Counted from the stretch's first letter, positions 1 through 9,809 are shown. The stretch: 63,928 bases of DNA from an uncultured Myxococcales bacterium (GCA_945875805.1 CAMCLY010000002.1:1-63928); one strand, 5' to 3'. Notes: a model not told the origin generated them from the sequence alone. Program-made: numbers and translations.

Positions 1-115
1 TGCCGTGACCGACGGCAACGACGAAGTTGACGACGAAGCGGCGCATTTCGGCGAGTACGATGGAGGCCGGAGGCCGGGGTGAGCGCCCCGGCGAGGAAGT
101 TTCCAGCAAAAACAT

Positions 116-1627
116 TTATTGACGGAGCAAGGCGATCCAGCTGCTGGCGGGCATTTCGTCTTCGAACTGGGTCATGAGGGCGTCGGCTTGTTTGTGGAGG
201 TTGTCGGCGCGCAACGATCGAATGGAGGCGTAGAAGGCCATGGCCCTGGTTTGGGCGGGCCAGTTTTTGTGTTCGAGGATGACGGACCAGTATTGGCGGG
301 CCTGTGTGGTGTGGTGTTGTGCGGCCTGGGCGTTGCCCATGGCCATGAGGAGTTCGGCCTGGATGGCCGATGTGGAGGCGTCGCTGGACGTCTGGATGAG
401 GTCGTAGACGTCTTTGAGGGCGTCAGAGGCATCCGGGTGTGAAGTGAGGATGGCGAGGCGGGCCAGCCGGGCGCCGTATTGGTGGACGAAGGCGTCGCGC
501 GGGGTGCGTTCGAGGGTGGCAAAGGCGCGCGCGGTGGCCGAAATCCAGGTTTGGCTGTGCGTGCGCGTGAGGAGGTCGAACCATTCGTCGGCGAACGCGA
601 GCACGTCGGCGGCGTGCGCGTTGCGGGAAAAGATGCGTGCAAAGTGCTGGACGACGCGTTGCGGGGCGCATCGCGGGATCCATTGGGCGGCCTCCATTCT
701 GAGCAGCGTGACGGCGGCTTCGGCGTCCGTCTGGGTGAGGGCTTCGAGTCGCGCCTGTGCGGCGTGGTCGAGGTCGGGCAGGGGGTAGGTGTCAAAGCAG
801 GCGAGTTCGGCAAACGACGGGTGTCCGAAGATCGCCGTGGCGATGGCGCCGATTTTTTGGACGATGGGGGTACGCACCGAGGCGTCGAGTGCGGAGACGT
901 CGAGCCGGTCCCAGTGCGAGCGTGCCGAGGCGTAGCGGTGATGGGCGAGGTCGTCGAGGAGGAGAATGGCGCGGGCGGTCGGGGTGAGCCATGAGGCGTC
1001 CGAAAGCAAGGCCAGTTCTTCGAGGAACTGTGTGGTTTCGGGGGCGATGTCGGGGAGCAGGGTGACGGTTTCGTCCCGGGCCTGTTCGACGAACCGCCGC
1101 CCCTGTGGCGTGCCGAGGATCGCCGCAAATTCCGGGGATTTGGCGAGTTCGCGGGCGACGTGCTGTCGCTGTGCGGGGACGAGTTTGTCCGAGAGGGCGA
1201 TGATGTCGAGCCATCGAGCGCGGCGCGCGGATTCGTCAAAATCGTGGTCGAGTTCGAGAATTTCGAGGTCGAGCCCAACGGCAGCCATGGGGTCGCAGTA
1301 CGGCGGAAGTTTTTTTCGTGCGTCGATGCGGTATTGCTGCACGCGGTCCGGGGCTAGCTGGTGCGCGAGCGTGCCGATGCGGTCTCGGTATGTCATGGCG
1401 CACGTCCCAATGGCTATCCATTGCGAGCATGCGTCGGACTCGCCGGGTTCAAAGGCGTGGTCGAGGCATGCGGCGTAGGCGTCCTTTTCGGCCTGCAGTT
1501 CGGCGTCGCGTCCGGGGTATCGGTCGGTGGCGGGCTGGGCGAGGGCATTTTGTCCAAAAAACGAGATGAGGAGCGAGGTCGCGAGAAATTTCAATGAGGT
1601 CATGGCGTCGATGATGTGTGAGGGCAT
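116..1627 (-). CDS. Secreted hypothetical protein (signal peptide, helical repeat-like body)
   Basis: 503-aa ORF. The N-terminus MTSLKFLATSLLISFFGQNALAQP looks like a Sec signal peptide. I recognise no named family motif. Confidence 0.55.
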   Translation of the reverse strand: MPSHIIDAMTSLKFLATSLLISFFGQNALAQPATDRYPGRDAELQAEKDAYAACLDHAFEPGESDACSQWIAIGTCAMTYRDRIGTLAHQLAPDRVQQYRIDARKKLPPYCDPMAAVGLDLEILELDHDFDESARRARWLDIIALSDKLVPAQRQHVARELAKSPEFAAILGTPQGRRFVEQARDETVTLLPDIAPETTQFLEELALLSDASWLTPTARAILLLDDLAHHRYASARSHWDRLDVSALDASVRTPIVQKIGAIATAIFGHPSFAELACFDTYPLPDLDHAAQARLEALTQTDAEAAVTLLRMEAAQWIPRCAPQRVVQHFARIFSRNAHAADVLAFADEWFDLLTRTHSQTWISATARAFATLERTPRDAFVHQYGARLARLAILTSHPDASDALKDVYDLIQTSSDASTSAIQAELLMAMGNAQAAQHHTTQARQYWSVILEHKNWPAQTRAMAFYASIRSLRADNLHKQADALMTQFEDEMPASSWIALLRQ

Positions 1628-1668
1628 TTGGGGTTCGCGTGAGGTGGTCCGTGGAGGTGTTGGGCTGA

Positions 1669-1837
1669 GGGGGTAGCGGCGTATGCGCTTTGGCTATTTC
1701 GCCCGGCACTCCGGGCTCAATACGCCCGCGCAGCTCGCTATCTGCCCCTTTTGGGGCAGATACGCGAGCCCATCCATCTGGGTGGCTGTCGGCCCTAGCC
1801 AAAGCCATAGCCGCGTAGGGGGAGGCTTCCCCCACCC
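1669..1837. repeat. Composite copy of the GTAG-hairpin repeat family (three hairpin modules between GGGGGTAGCGGCGTATGCGC and CATAGCCGCGTAGGGGGAGGCTTCCCCC ends)
   Basis: The ends match the copies at 16892-16962 and 61343-61397, and match 31034-31093 and 46042-46116 in reverse complement. Internal hairpins include gcccgg-cact-ccgggc and gctatctgcccc-tttt-ggggcagatacgc. Confidence 0.8.
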
Positions 1838-1883
1838 AGAAAAAAAACAGGAGGTTTGCCAGAACGCCTGGGTGCGGAAGGAT

Positions 1884-3470
1884 TCAGAGCTCAAAGTTGA
1901 CGATGGCGTCGATCTGACGCTGTTTTTTGTTCAGGGCATCGAGGAGGGGGAGATCCGAGTCGTCGCCGTGGTTTTGCATGAAATGGAGGCACGGTTTGAC
2001 GAGGGTTTCCTGGAGGGGGTCGAAGGCGCAGAGGGATCGCATCATGCCGAGGGCGGCGGTATCGCGGTGGATTTCGTCGATTTTGAGGAAACGGGCGAGG
2101 GTGGAGACGAAGCGTCGGTCGAGTGGGGACTGGATTTGGAGCCACTGCCGGAGGGTTGGTCGTGTGTCGGGGTTGATTTCGTAGAGGCTTTCGGCGGCGG
2201 AGGCGACGAGTTCGAGGGACGGGTTTGGGGAGAGCTGGAGGGCGTTGAAATCGTCGATGGAGAGCTGGCGTGAGTGGGTCAAGTCTTGGAGTGCGCGCAT
2301 GCGGAGGGGGTGGGGGCGGAGGTCGTCCTTGAGGATGGAGCGGGCGAGGAGTGGGGAATTTTCGTGCTGGCGGATGGCGTCATAGAGTGGGAGTTGGATG
2401 TCGGGCCAGAGTTCGCGTTTGAAGGCGTCTTTGAGAAGGGAGATTTCGTCTTGGGAGAAGGCGCTGGAGGAGGCCAGGAGGGAGGCGGCTTCGAGGCGGA
2501 GGGTTTCGTCTCCGTCGGCGAGTGCGCTGAGGAGTCTTGGGCGCTGGTCTGGGTCGCCGAGCGCCTGGAGGGCGCGCAGGGCGTGGGCGCGGACGGTGGA
2601 GTTTTTGTCGTCGTAGGCGTGTCGTGCGGTGTCGCGTGCGGTGGTGGGGTCGAGGGCATGTGGGAAGGAGGCGATGAGGTCGAGGGCGACGATACGGCGT
2701 GACGGGGCGCTGGAGGTGGCGAGTGGGGAGACGAGACGGTCGAGGATTTGGGGGGCGTCGTCGGGCAGTGGTGCGGCGGCGTCGCGGCATTGGAGCAGGG
2801 CGCGGGCCAGGCGCAGGGTGGGGAGTTCGTCGGTGTGTTTGGTGAGACGCCTTAGGATGGTGTGGGTGCATCCGTCGTATGTGAGGCCGAATGCGGCGTG
2901 TGCTCCGAGGTCGGAGACTGGGGTTGAGGCGATATGCTGTGCCCAGAGGTCGAGGGCGTCGTCATGTCGGAGTGTCTCGAAAATGGCGAGCAGATCGAAG
3001 AATCGCGAGGGGTTGTCGATGTCCTGTTTGAGCCATGTGACGAGAACGGAGGCGTAGACGTCGGGGTATTGCCGGAGCCATCGTGTCCATGCGTTCTGGA
3101 GCTGGGGATCGCGTGTTTTTCGGGCCAGGGCGGTGAGGCGTGGCCCGGACGAGGCGGGAGGGAGGGCGGTGAGGGCGTCCTTTAGAATGAGGTTTTGCGG
3201 GTTGTCGATGGCGGTTTGTGTGATCCATGCGTCGACTTGGGGGAGGAAATCCGGGTCGGTGGAGAGGGTGGTGGCCAGTGGGCGGCGCTGTGGCGGTGTG
3301 GCTTGCAGGAGCTGGGTGACGAGGGGGAAATCGTCGTGACGCGGGGAGTCGTCATGGGATTCTTGGGATGAGGGTTGGGATTCAATGGGGGCTGGGGGAT
3401 TGGGCGTTTGGGCCACAAGTGTGGTGGGGAAAAGGAAGAAAGAGGCGAGCAAGGCGAGGGACTTGCGCAT
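1884..3470 (-). CDS. Secreted HEAT-repeat protein
   Basis: 528-aa ORF with signal peptide MRKSLALLASFFLFPTTLVAQ. HEAT/PBS-lyase-like repeats are visible, e.g. STVRAHALRALQALGDPDQRPRLLSALADGDETLRLEAASLL. Confidence 0.6.
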   Translation of the reverse strand: MRKSLALLASFFLFPTTLVAQTPNPPAPIESQPSSQESHDDSPRHDDFPLVTQLLQATPPQRRPLATTLSTDPDFLPQVDAWITQTAIDNPQNLILKDALTALPPASSGPRLTALARKTRDPQLQNAWTRWLRQYPDVYASVLVTWLKQDIDNPSRFFDLLAIFETLRHDDALDLWAQHIASTPVSDLGAHAAFGLTYDGCTHTILRRLTKHTDELPTLRLARALLQCRDAAAPLPDDAPQILDRLVSPLATSSAPSRRIVALDLIASFPHALDPTTARDTARHAYDDKNSTVRAHALRALQALGDPDQRPRLLSALADGDETLRLEAASLLASSSAFSQDEISLLKDAFKRELWPDIQLPLYDAIRQHENSPLLARSILKDDLRPHPLRMRALQDLTHSRQLSIDDFNALQLSPNPSLELVASAAESLYEINPDTRPTLRQWLQIQSPLDRRFVSTLARFLKIDEIHRDTAALGMMRSLCAFDPLQETLVKPCLHFMQNHGDDSDLPLLDALNKKQRQIDAIVNFEL

Positions 3471-3729
3471 GAAAAAAACTCCGTGGAAGTGAGTGAAGGG
3501 GCGGTGTGGAGGGGGGAAGAGGATTCAGAGAGTATAGGGAGAATGTGTGTGGGAATGGAAGCAAAAGCGGGCGTGAAGTGTGGAGGGAGTGTGCTGGCTG
3601 TGGGATGGAAAGAAAAGATCGGCGCACAAGAAAAAAAACTTGACGGAAAAGAATGCAGCGAGTAGAAGGCGCACCCGTTGCCCGCTTTGCGAAGTAGCGG
3701 CAACTTTTGAAAGGTCGCGGAACGTGAGC

Positions 3730-3802
3730 GCTGATGTGGCTCAATTGGCAGAGCACCTGATTTGTAATCAGGGGGTTGGGGGTTCGACTCCCTCCATCAG
3801 CA
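3730..3802 (+). tRNA. tRNA-Thr (anticodon UGU)
   Basis: Cloverleaf read by eye: acceptor GCTGATG/CATCAGC, anticodon stem CCTGA/TCAGG with loop TTTGTAA, T-loop GGTTCGACTCC. No encoded CCA. Confidence 0.9.
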
Positions 3803-3812
3803 ATCGAGTTTT

Positions 3813-3894
3813 GGAGAGGTACCTAAGCGGTCAACAGGGGCGGACTGTAAATCCGTTGGCTCAGCCTTCGTTGGTTCGAATCCAGCCCTCTCCA
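3813..3894 (+). tRNA. tRNA-Tyr (anticodon GUA), copy 1
   Basis: Acceptor GGAGAGG/CCTCTCC, anticodon loop CTGTAAA, long variable arm, T-loop GGTTCGAATCC. Confidence 0.9.
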
Positions 3895-3929
3895 TGGAGT
3901 GAAATTTCAAGAGCGGCGGGTGACGATAT

Positions 3930-4011
3930 GGAGAGGTACCTAAGCGGTCAACAGGGGCGGACTGTAAATCCGTTGGCTCAGCCTTCGTTGGTTCGAATCC
4001 AGCCCTCTCCA
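3930..4011 (+). tRNA. tRNA-Tyr (anticodon GUA), copy 2 (identical to copy 1)
   Basis: 82-nt sequence identical to 3813-3894, separated from it by a 35-nt spacer. Confidence 0.9.
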
Positions 4012-4016
4012 TTTAA

Positions 4017-4089
4017 GCGGGTGTAGCTCAGTTGGTAGAGCAATAGCCTTCCAAGCTATGGGTCGCGAGTTCGAACCTCGTCGCCCGCT
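4017..4089 (+). tRNA. tRNA-Gly (anticodon UCC)
   Basis: Acceptor GCGGGTG/CGCCCGC, anticodon stem ATAGC/GCTAT with loop CTTCCAA, T-loop AGTTCGAACCT. Confidence 0.9.
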
Positions 4090-4094
4090 TTTAT

Positions 4095-4167
4095 GCTTGT
4101 GTAGCTCAGCAGGTAGAGTACTTCCTTGGTAAGGAAGGGGTCACCGGTTCGAATCCGGTCACAAGCT
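4095..4167 (+). tRNA. tRNA-Thr (anticodon GGU)
   Basis: Acceptor GCTTGTG/CACAAGC, anticodon stem CTTCC/GGAAG with loop TTGGTAA, T-loop GGTTCGAATCC. Confidence 0.9.
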
Positions 4168-4257
4168 TTTTTTTTGTTTTGTCGCCTCACGGTGAGGCAA
4201 TTTTGTTTGTGCCATGGGCACACATTTCTTTTCCCCATAAATTGGAGGCGGGCTGCT

Positions 4258-5454
4258 ATGGCCAAGGAAACATTTCATCGCGATAAGCCACATGTGAACA
4301 TCGGAACGATCGGTCACGTCGATCATGGTAAGACGACGCTGACGGCCGCCATTACGACGGTTTTGGCGAAACATAATCCTAACATTCAGGTTATGAAGTT
4401 TGACGATATCGACAAAGCGCCTGAAGAGAAAGAGCGTGGTATTACGATCGCGACGGCTCACGTGGAATATCAGACGGCCAACCGCCACTATGCGCACGTC
4501 GACTGCCCGGGACATGCTGACTACATCAAGAACATGATCACGGGTGCCGCCCAGATGGACGGTGCGATTCTCGTTGTGAGTGCCTATGATGGCCCGATGC
4601 CCCAGACGCGTGAGCACATTCTTCTTGCCCGTCAGGTGGGCGTGCCCTACATCATCGTATATCTGAACAAGGCTGACCTTGTGGATGATGCCGAGCTTTT
4701 GGAACTGGTTGAGATGGAAGTTCGCGAACTTCTTTCGAGCTATGACTTCCCTGGCGACGACACGCCGGTTATCGTGGGTTCTGCTCTCCAGGCGTTGGAA
4801 GGCGTGGACAGCGAATATGGTACGCAGTCGATTGATCGCTTGATGGAGGCTGTGGACACGTACATTCCTACGCCGCAGCGTCCTATTGACAAGCCGTTCT
4901 TGATGCCTGTTGAAGACGTGTTCTCGATTTCGGGTCGTGGTACGGTGGCGACGGGCCGTGTGGAATCCGGCCAGATTCGCGTGAACGATGCGGTAGAAAT
5001 TGTCGGTATGAAAGAAGAGATCGACAAGACGGTCGTCACGGGTGTTGAGATGTTCCGCAAGCTTTTGGAATACGGCGAAGCCGGTGACAACATTGGTTGT
5101 CTGCTCCGTGGTACGAAGAAAGAGGAAATCCGTCGTGGTCAGGTTTTGGCCAAACCGGGTTCGATTCATCCTCACAAGTCCTTCAAGGGTCAGGTTTACG
5201 TTCTGTCCAAAGAAGAGGGTGGCCGTCACACGTTCTTCCGCAATGGTTATCGTCCTCAGTTCTATTTCCGCACGACGGACGTCACGGGTGTCGTCACGTT
5301 GGAAGGGATTGAGATGGTTATGCCTGGCGACAATGTCGATCTGAAGGTTGACCTGATTGAACCGATCGCCATGGACGAAGGTCTCCGCTTCTCGATTCGT
5401 GAAGGTGGCCGCACGGTGGGAGCCGGCGTCGTCTCGACGATTCTTGACAAGTAA
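4258..5454 (+). CDS. tuf: Elongation factor Tu
   Basis: [36 protein letters not shown] and NKAD G-motifs. GGAGG RBS at 4244-4248. The ORF-track start at 4126 overlaps the tRNA and is rejected. Confidence 0.98.
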   Translation: MAKETFHRDKPHVNIGTIGHVDHGKTTLTAAITTVLAKHNPNIQVMKFDDIDKAPEEKERGITIATAHVEYQTANRHYAHVDCPGHADYIKNMITGAAQMDGAILVVSAYDGPMPQTREHILLARQVGVPYIIVYLNKADLVDDAELLELVEMEVRELLSSYDFPGDDTPVIVGSALQALEGVDSEYGTQSIDRLMEAVDTYIPTPQRPIDKPFLMPVEDVFSISGRGTVATGRVESGQIRVNDAVEIVGMKEEIDKTVVTGVEMFRKLLEYGEAGDNIGCLLRGTKKEEIRRGQVLAKPGSIHPHKSFKGQVYVLSKEEGGRHTFFRNGYRPQFYFRTTDVTGVVTLEGIEMVMPGDNVDLKVDLIEPIAMDEGLRFSIREGGRTVGAGVVSTILDK

Positions 5455-5500
5455 GCAGAGTGACAAAAGTTTCACGGCATAGGGATATGCCGTGAAATGT

Positions 5501-5573
5501 AGGGGCGTAGCTCAGTTGGTAGAGCAACGGCCTCCAAAGCCGTGGGCCGAGGGTTCGAATCCTTCCACCCCTG
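5501..5573 (+). tRNA. tRNA-Trp (anticodon CCA)
   Basis: AGGGGCGTAGCTCAGTTGGTAGAGCA start, anticodon stem ACGGC/GCCGT with loop CTCCAAA, T-loop GGTTCGAATCC. One C-A mismatch in the acceptor stem. Confidence 0.88.
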
Positions 5574-5580
5574 TTGAGCA

Positions 5581-5612
5581 AGCCTTTTGTCGTATGACAA
5601 AAGGCTTTTTTG
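5581..5612 (+). terminator. Rho-independent terminator after tRNA-Trp
   Basis: 11-bp stem agccttttgtc/gacaaaaggct with loop gtat, followed by TTTTTTGTT. Confidence 0.7.
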
Positions 5613-5635
5613 TTATCCGGGAGCATTGGCATTCG

Positions 5636-6022
5636 ATGGATGAAGTCAAACGCTATGTGAACCTTGCGTTCATTTTTGCGGCGATTGTGATGGCGTGGTT
5701 TCTGATGAAGATATCTGCGTTGATCATGGGGCTGTTGCAGGTTGCGGATGTCCGTCTGATGGGCGAGTACGTGACGTATTCGACGATAGCGGGGATCATT
5801 CTTGGCGCGGTGGGAGCGTTTGCTCTTTGGCGCAGTCCGAAGGTCTATGAAGGCGCGCTGAATGTGGCCCGGGAGATGAAGAAGGTCACGTGGCCGACCA
5901 AGGATGAGACGGTATATGCGATGAGGGTCGTGATAGCGACGAGTCTGATCGTGGCAGGGATACTGTTTTGTTTTGATTTTGTGGCCAAAGAGATGACGGA
6001 CCTGATATTCGGCATCAAGTAA
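5636..6022 (+). CDS. secE: Preprotein translocase subunit SecE
   Basis: 128 aa with multiple TM helices. The C-terminal KVTWPTKDETVYAMRVVIATSLIVAGILFCFD segment is typical of SecE. It sits in the canonical position between tRNA-Trp and nusG. Confidence 0.85.
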   Translation: MDEVKRYVNLAFIFAAIVMAWFLMKISALIMGLLQVADVRLMGEYVTYSTIAGIILGAVGAFALWRSPKVYEGALNVAREMKKVTWPTKDETVYAMRVVIATSLIVAGILFCFDFVAKEMTDLIFGIK

Positions 6023-6153
6023 GGTGTTGACAGGCGAGTTAAAGGGCATTAGAAGGCGTGCGCCTTTTATGGACGTGAAAACCGGCTTGGGTTGGTTTTT
6101 TGTCTGAATTTGGGCGCTACGTGGCGTTGCGAACATTCGGAGAGGACGTCGGC

Positions 6154-6693
6154 ATGGGGATGAAGTGGTACATTGTGAATACGCATTCTGGCTGTGAGAA
6201 TCGGGCCAAGCTGTCGCTGGAGCAGCGTATCAGGACATCGGAATTGAAGGACAAGTTTGGCGAGGTGCTCGTGCCTGTCGAGACGACGGTGGAGACGAAG
6301 AAGGGAGGAGAGAAACGCCAGACGACGCGGAAATTTTTTCCGGGTTATATGATTGTCCAGATGGAGCTGACGGATGAGACGTGGCATCTTGTGAAGGGAA
6401 CGGACAAGGTGAGTGGTTTTGTGGGGGGTACGACGGAACCGCCGTCGATGAGCGACGAAGAGGTCGAGCGCATCATAGGCAAGATGAAGACGAGTGTGGA
6501 GAAGCCAGACATGGCTTCGACGCTTGAACTGAAGGAGACTGTCCGCGTGTTGGACGGTCCGTTTATGAATTTCTCTGGGAGTGTGGAGTCGATTGATCGA
6601 GAGAAGGGTCGTCTTTGCGTTCTCGTGAGCATATTGGGTCGCGTTGTACCTGTGGAACTTGAATTTTCGCAAGTTGAGAAGGTGAACGCCTAG
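6154..6693 (+). CDS. nusG: Transcription termination/antitermination factor NusG
   Basis: MKWYIVNTHSGCENRAK NGN start, FPGYMIVQM, and a C-terminal KOW (VRVLDGPFMNFSGSVESID). The start may be 6154 or 6160. Confidence 0.95.
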   Translation: MGMKWYIVNTHSGCENRAKLSLEQRIRTSELKDKFGEVLVPVETTVETKKGGEKRQTTRKFFPGYMIVQMELTDETWHLVKGTDKVSGFVGGTTEPPSMSDEEVERIIGKMKTSVEKPDMASTLELKETVRVLDGPFMNFSGSVESIDREKGRLCVLVSILGRVVPVELEFSQVEKVNA

Positions 6694-6707
6694 TATTGGA
6701 ATAGGAC

Positions 6708-7133
6708 ATGGCCAAGAAAATTGTAGGTTACGTAAAATTGCAGTGTCCTGCTGGGAAGGCGAATCCAGCGCCTCCTGTGGGACCGGCACTCGGTCAGCAC
6801 GGCGTGAACATCATGGAGTTCTGCAAGCAGTTTAATGCGAAGACGCAGAAGGGTGATGGGATTTTGACGCCGGTGGTGATCACGGTTTATGCGGATCACA
6901 GCTTTACGTTTGTGATCAAGACGCCGCCTGCGGCAGTGTTGATCATGAAGGAACTCGGTTTGAAGGGCGGCAGTGGCGTTCCGAACCGGGAGAAAGTTGG
7001 CAAGATCACGAAGGCTCAAATTCAGAAGATAGCTGAGATCAAGCTTCCTGATTTGAATACGGACAGCATCGAGTCAGCGATGCGCACGGTCGCCGGGACA
7101 TGCCGTAGCATGGGCGTCGATATCGTGGATTAA
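6708..7133 (+). CDS. rplK: 50S ribosomal protein L11
   Basis: [44 protein letters not shown] is a canonical L11 N-terminus. Confidence 0.97.
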   Translation: MAKKIVGYVKLQCPAGKANPAPPVGPALGQHGVNIMEFCKQFNAKTQKGDGILTPVVITVYADHSFTFVIKTPPAAVLIMKELGLKGGSGVPNREKVGKITKAQIQKIAEIKLPDLNTDSIESAMRTVAGTCRSMGVDIVD

Positions 7134-7147
7134 GGAGGAGAAGTAAG

Positions 7148-7840
7148 ATGCCAGCTCGAGGTAAGAAGTACACAGACTCGATTAAGTTAGTCGATAGGCA
7201 GAAGCGTTACGACAACATCCAGGAAGCGATGGAACTCGTCAAAGCGATGACGAAGACGAAGTTTGACGCGAGCGTGGATGTGGCTGTTCGGCTCGGCGTT
7301 GATCCGCGTCATGCGGATCAAATGGTTCGCGGCGCGGTAGTACTGCCCCATGGAATTGGTAAAACGGTTCGCGTAGTGGTTTTCGCCAGTGGCGATAAAG
7401 AGAAGGAAGCGCGCGAGGCGGGAGCGGATTTTGTGGGTGCAGACGACCTCGTTCAGAAGATCCAGGAAGGGTGGCTTGAATTTGACAAGGCGATAGCGAC
7501 GCCTGACATGATGGGTAAGGTTGGCCGTCTCGGTCGCGTACTTGGCCCGCGCGGATTGATGCCCAACCCCAAAGTCGGAACGGTCACCACGGATGTGGCT
7601 CGCGCCGTGAAAGAAACGAAGGCCGGACGAGTGGAATTCCGCGTAGAACGTGCGGGTATCATCCATGCGCCCATCGGTCGTGCTTCTTTTGAGGCCAGCC
7701 AATTGGCAGAAAACTTCACCAGTCTGATGGAAGTTCTTTTGAAGCTGAAACCGGCTTCGACGAAAGGCACGTACGTTAAGAGCATCACCGTGAGTTCCAC
7801 GATGAGCCCTGGCGTAAAGATCGACACGTCAATTCTCTGA
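7148..7840 (+). CDS. rplA: 50S ribosomal protein L1
   Basis: 230 aa with [38 protein letters not shown] upstream. Confidence 0.97.
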   Translation: MPARGKKYTDSIKLVDRQKRYDNIQEAMELVKAMTKTKFDASVDVAVRLGVDPRHADQMVRGAVVLPHGIGKTVRVVVFASGDKEKEAREAGADFVGADDLVQKIQEGWLEFDKAIATPDMMGKVGRLGRVLGPRGLMPNPKVGTVTTDVARAVKETKAGRVEFRVERAGIIHAPIGRASFEASQLAENFTSLMEVLLKLKPASTKGTYVKSITVSSTMSPGVKIDTSIL

Positions 7841-7855
7841 TTGACAGAGCGTTTT

Positions 7856-7882
7856 GGGCGCTGTAAAAGGCGCCCGTTTTTT
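7856..7882 (+). terminator. Hairpin plus T-run after rplA (terminator/attenuator ahead of the rplJ leader)
   Basis: GGGCGC-tgtaaaag-GCGCCC followed by GTTTTTT. Confidence 0.5.
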
Positions 7883-8062
7883 AGACGGGCCATCGGGACC
7901 GTCGGAGATGTGGGTAGCTTGGAGCTTTAATATCCCCCGAGGATGCCTGCTAAGCCGGAACGATGGGTCAGCAGAAGATTTCTCTGATTCTTGCGAATTC
8001 TGGTTCAGTCCGATCTCGATTGACCCATGTTTACCCATCATTCGTGAAGTTTTAGAGGAATT
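7883..8062 (+). promoter_or_regulatory. Untranslated rplJ leader (possible L10-type autoregulatory leader)
   Basis: About 180 nt of non-coding sequence directly upstream of rplJ, in the position of the L10(L12)4-binding leader of other bacteria. I did not verify the structure. Confidence 0.35.
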
Positions 8063-8560
8063 ATGAACAGAAACGAAAAAGAAGCCGCAGTAGCTGCTTA
8101 TAAAGCGCTTTTTGACGGCATCGATTCCGTCGTACTTGCCGACACGAGCAGTGTAACGGTCAATACGATCAACGAAGTTCGCTCGAAATTCCGCGCCGAA
8201 GGTGTCACGTTCCGCGTACTCAAAAATACGCTTGCGAAGAAAGCCTTGGCCGGTACGGTACTCGAACCGGTTTGCTCGCTTTTCCACGGTCCCGTGGCCG
8301 TGGCGATGAAGCATGAGGATCCCATTTCGCCTGCTCGCATTGCGGTGGAATTTGCCAAGGCCAACCCCAGTTTCAAGATTACGGGCGGTCTTGTGTCGGG
8401 TTCCGTGCTCGATGCTAACGGCGTCGATGGTCTTTCCAAGATGAAGAATCGCGACGAGTCTCGCAGCGAATTGCTCTCCCTCTTCAAGGCTTCCGCCACG
8501 AAGTTTGCCGCCCTCATCAAGGCTCGCGCCGACAAATTGGACGAAAAAGCGGAAGCGTAA
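8063..8560 (+). CDS. rplJ: 50S ribosomal protein L10
   Basis: 165 aa, MNRNEKEAAVAAYKALFDG..., in the canonical position before rplL. Confidence 0.95.
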   Translation: MNRNEKEAAVAAYKALFDGIDSVVLADTSSVTVNTINEVRSKFRAEGVTFRVLKNTLAKKALAGTVLEPVCSLFHGPVAVAMKHEDPISPARIAVEFAKANPSFKITGGLVSGSVLDANGVDGLSKMKNRDESRSELLSLFKASATKFAALIKARADKLDEKAEA

Positions 8561-8667
8561 TGGTTCGCTTCTCCGTTTTCTTTTGAATCCGGTTCATCCC
8601 CGGTTGCTTTTATTTTTTCGCGCGCACAGCGCTTTAATCCCCAACGGGAATTTTGGAGTTTTGCATT

Positions 8668-9039
8668 ATGGTTACCGAAGAACAAGTTATTGAGTACCTT
8701 GAGTCCCTTACGATCATCCAGCTGAACGACCTCGTGAAAAAACTCGAGGAAAAATGGGATGTGAAAGCCGCTTGTGGCGGTGGTGTGGTTGTGGCTGCTG
8801 CCGCCGCGCCTGCTGCCGAAGAACCCACGGAATTCAAAGTCATCCTCGCCGACGTGGGTGCCAACAAGATCAACGTCATCAAGGAAATCCGTGGCATTAC
8901 GGGACTCGGCCTCAAGGAAGCCAAAGAACTCGTCGATGGCGCTCCCTCCACGGTCAAGGAAGGCATCGAAAAAGCCGAAGCCGAAGAGATCAAGAAGAAA
9001 CTCGAAGCGGCTGGCGCCAAAGTCGAAATCAAGGCCTAA
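8668..9039 (+). CDS. rplL: 50S ribosomal protein L7/L12
   Basis: Ala-rich hinge [14 protein letters not shown] and a C-terminal [27 protein letters not shown]...[19 protein letters not shown] at 8655-8658. Confidence 0.96.
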   Translation: MVTEEQVIEYLESLTIIQLNDLVKKLEEKWDVKAACGGGVVVAAAAAPAAEEPTEFKVILADVGANKINVIKEIRGITGLGLKEAKELVDGAPSTVKEGIEKAEAEEIKKKLEAAGAKVEIKA

Positions 9040-9053
9040 TCTTGCGCTTTGCT

Positions 9054-9087
9054 CAAAAAAAGCCCCACGTTTGTGGGGCTTTTTTTG
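9054..9087. terminator. Bidirectional rho-independent terminator shared by rplL (+) and dut (-)
   Basis: aaaaaaa-GCCCCAC-gttt-GTGGGGC-ttttttt, with an A-run and a T-run flanking the stem. Confidence 0.75.
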
Positions 9088-9089
9088 TA

Positions 9090-9569
9090 TCAGGTTTGGT
9101 TTCCGGTGCTTCCGAAGCCGTGTGTATCTCGCCGGGTGGTGTCAAAATGTGAGACGGTTTTCCATGTGACGTCGCAATGCCGCATGAGGACGGCCTGTGC
9201 GATGCGATCGCCTGTGTGCACGGTGTAGGGTGTGTCGGAGGTATTGAAGAGCAGGATCATCATTTCGCCGCGATAGTCCGGGTCGATGGTTCCCGGGGTA
9301 TTGAGGACGGTGATGCCGTGTTTGAGGGCGAGTCCGCTTCGTGGACGAATTTCGATATGGAGGCCTGGGGGGATTGAGACGCGCCATCCGGTGTGGACAA
9401 GGGCGCGTCCGTGCGGTGGAATTTCGAGGTCTTCGACGCTTGAGAGATCGTATCCCGCGGCCATGTCGGTCTGTCGAGCGGGGAGTAGGGCGCGTTCGTG
9501 GATGCGGATGAGGTTGACGGAATGTTTGAACTTTTCGAGGAAGTGGATGAGGTTGGTGATCATGATCAT
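9090..9569 (-). CDS. dut: dUTP diphosphatase
   Basis: AAGYDLSS, RSGLALKHGITVLNTPGTIDPDYRGE and GDRIAQ motifs of trimeric dUTPases. Confidence 0.93.
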   Translation of the reverse strand: MIMITNLIHFLEKFKHSVNLIRIHERALLPARQTDMAAGYDLSSVEDLEIPPHGRALVHTGWRVSIPPGLHIEIRPRSGLALKHGITVLNTPGTIDPDYRGEMMILLFNTSDTPYTVHTGDRIAQAVLMRHCDVTWKTVSHFDTTRRDTHGFGSTGNQT

Positions 9570-9688
9570 GGATGGGGGTGAAGGGTGAAGCCGGAACGCC
9601 GGCGTGCAGAAGACCGGATGTCGGTGGAAAATGGGCTGAGGTCCGGAAAAACATTGAGTTTATGAAAAAAAGATGGATTTTGGCGAGG

Positions 9689-9749
9689 AGGGGGGCGGCG
9701 CGTATTTGCCCGCAGGGCAAATAGCGACGTTGGGGGGAGACTTCCCCCC
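9689..9749. repeat. GTAG-hairpin family copy (single hairpin plus G/C palindrome)
   Basis: ggggggcggcgcgtat-ttgccc-gca-gggcaa-atagcgacg followed by tgggggg-agac-ttcccccc. Confidence 0.7.
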
Positions 9750-9809
9750 TCCAGAGAAAAAAAACGGGATGAACGCAGGGCCGTTTTTGAGAAAAGTGCA
9801 TATAAGGTC

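Noticed and set aside
1-46. Possible 5' end of a minus-strand gene (MRRFVVNFVVAVGHG...) running off the left edge
   Set aside because: Only 15 codons are visible, there is no convincing RBS upstream of the ATG at 46-44, and there are no motifs. It cannot be supported from this window.
4159-5475. Long ORFs antisense to tuf (4159-5475), the DsbA-like gene (20014-21306), the amidase genes (31069-32565, 33447-34241), ileS (36970-38919), gspF/E/D (43050-43919, 44532-46001, 47305-48654), metG (58566-60143) and htpG (61841-63295)
   Set aside because: Each lies opposite a gene with unmistakable conserved motifs. Their translations are low-complexity (Arg/Gly/Asp/Val-rich) with no recognisable motifs. 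Long antisense ORFs are expected by chance in GC-rich coding DNA.
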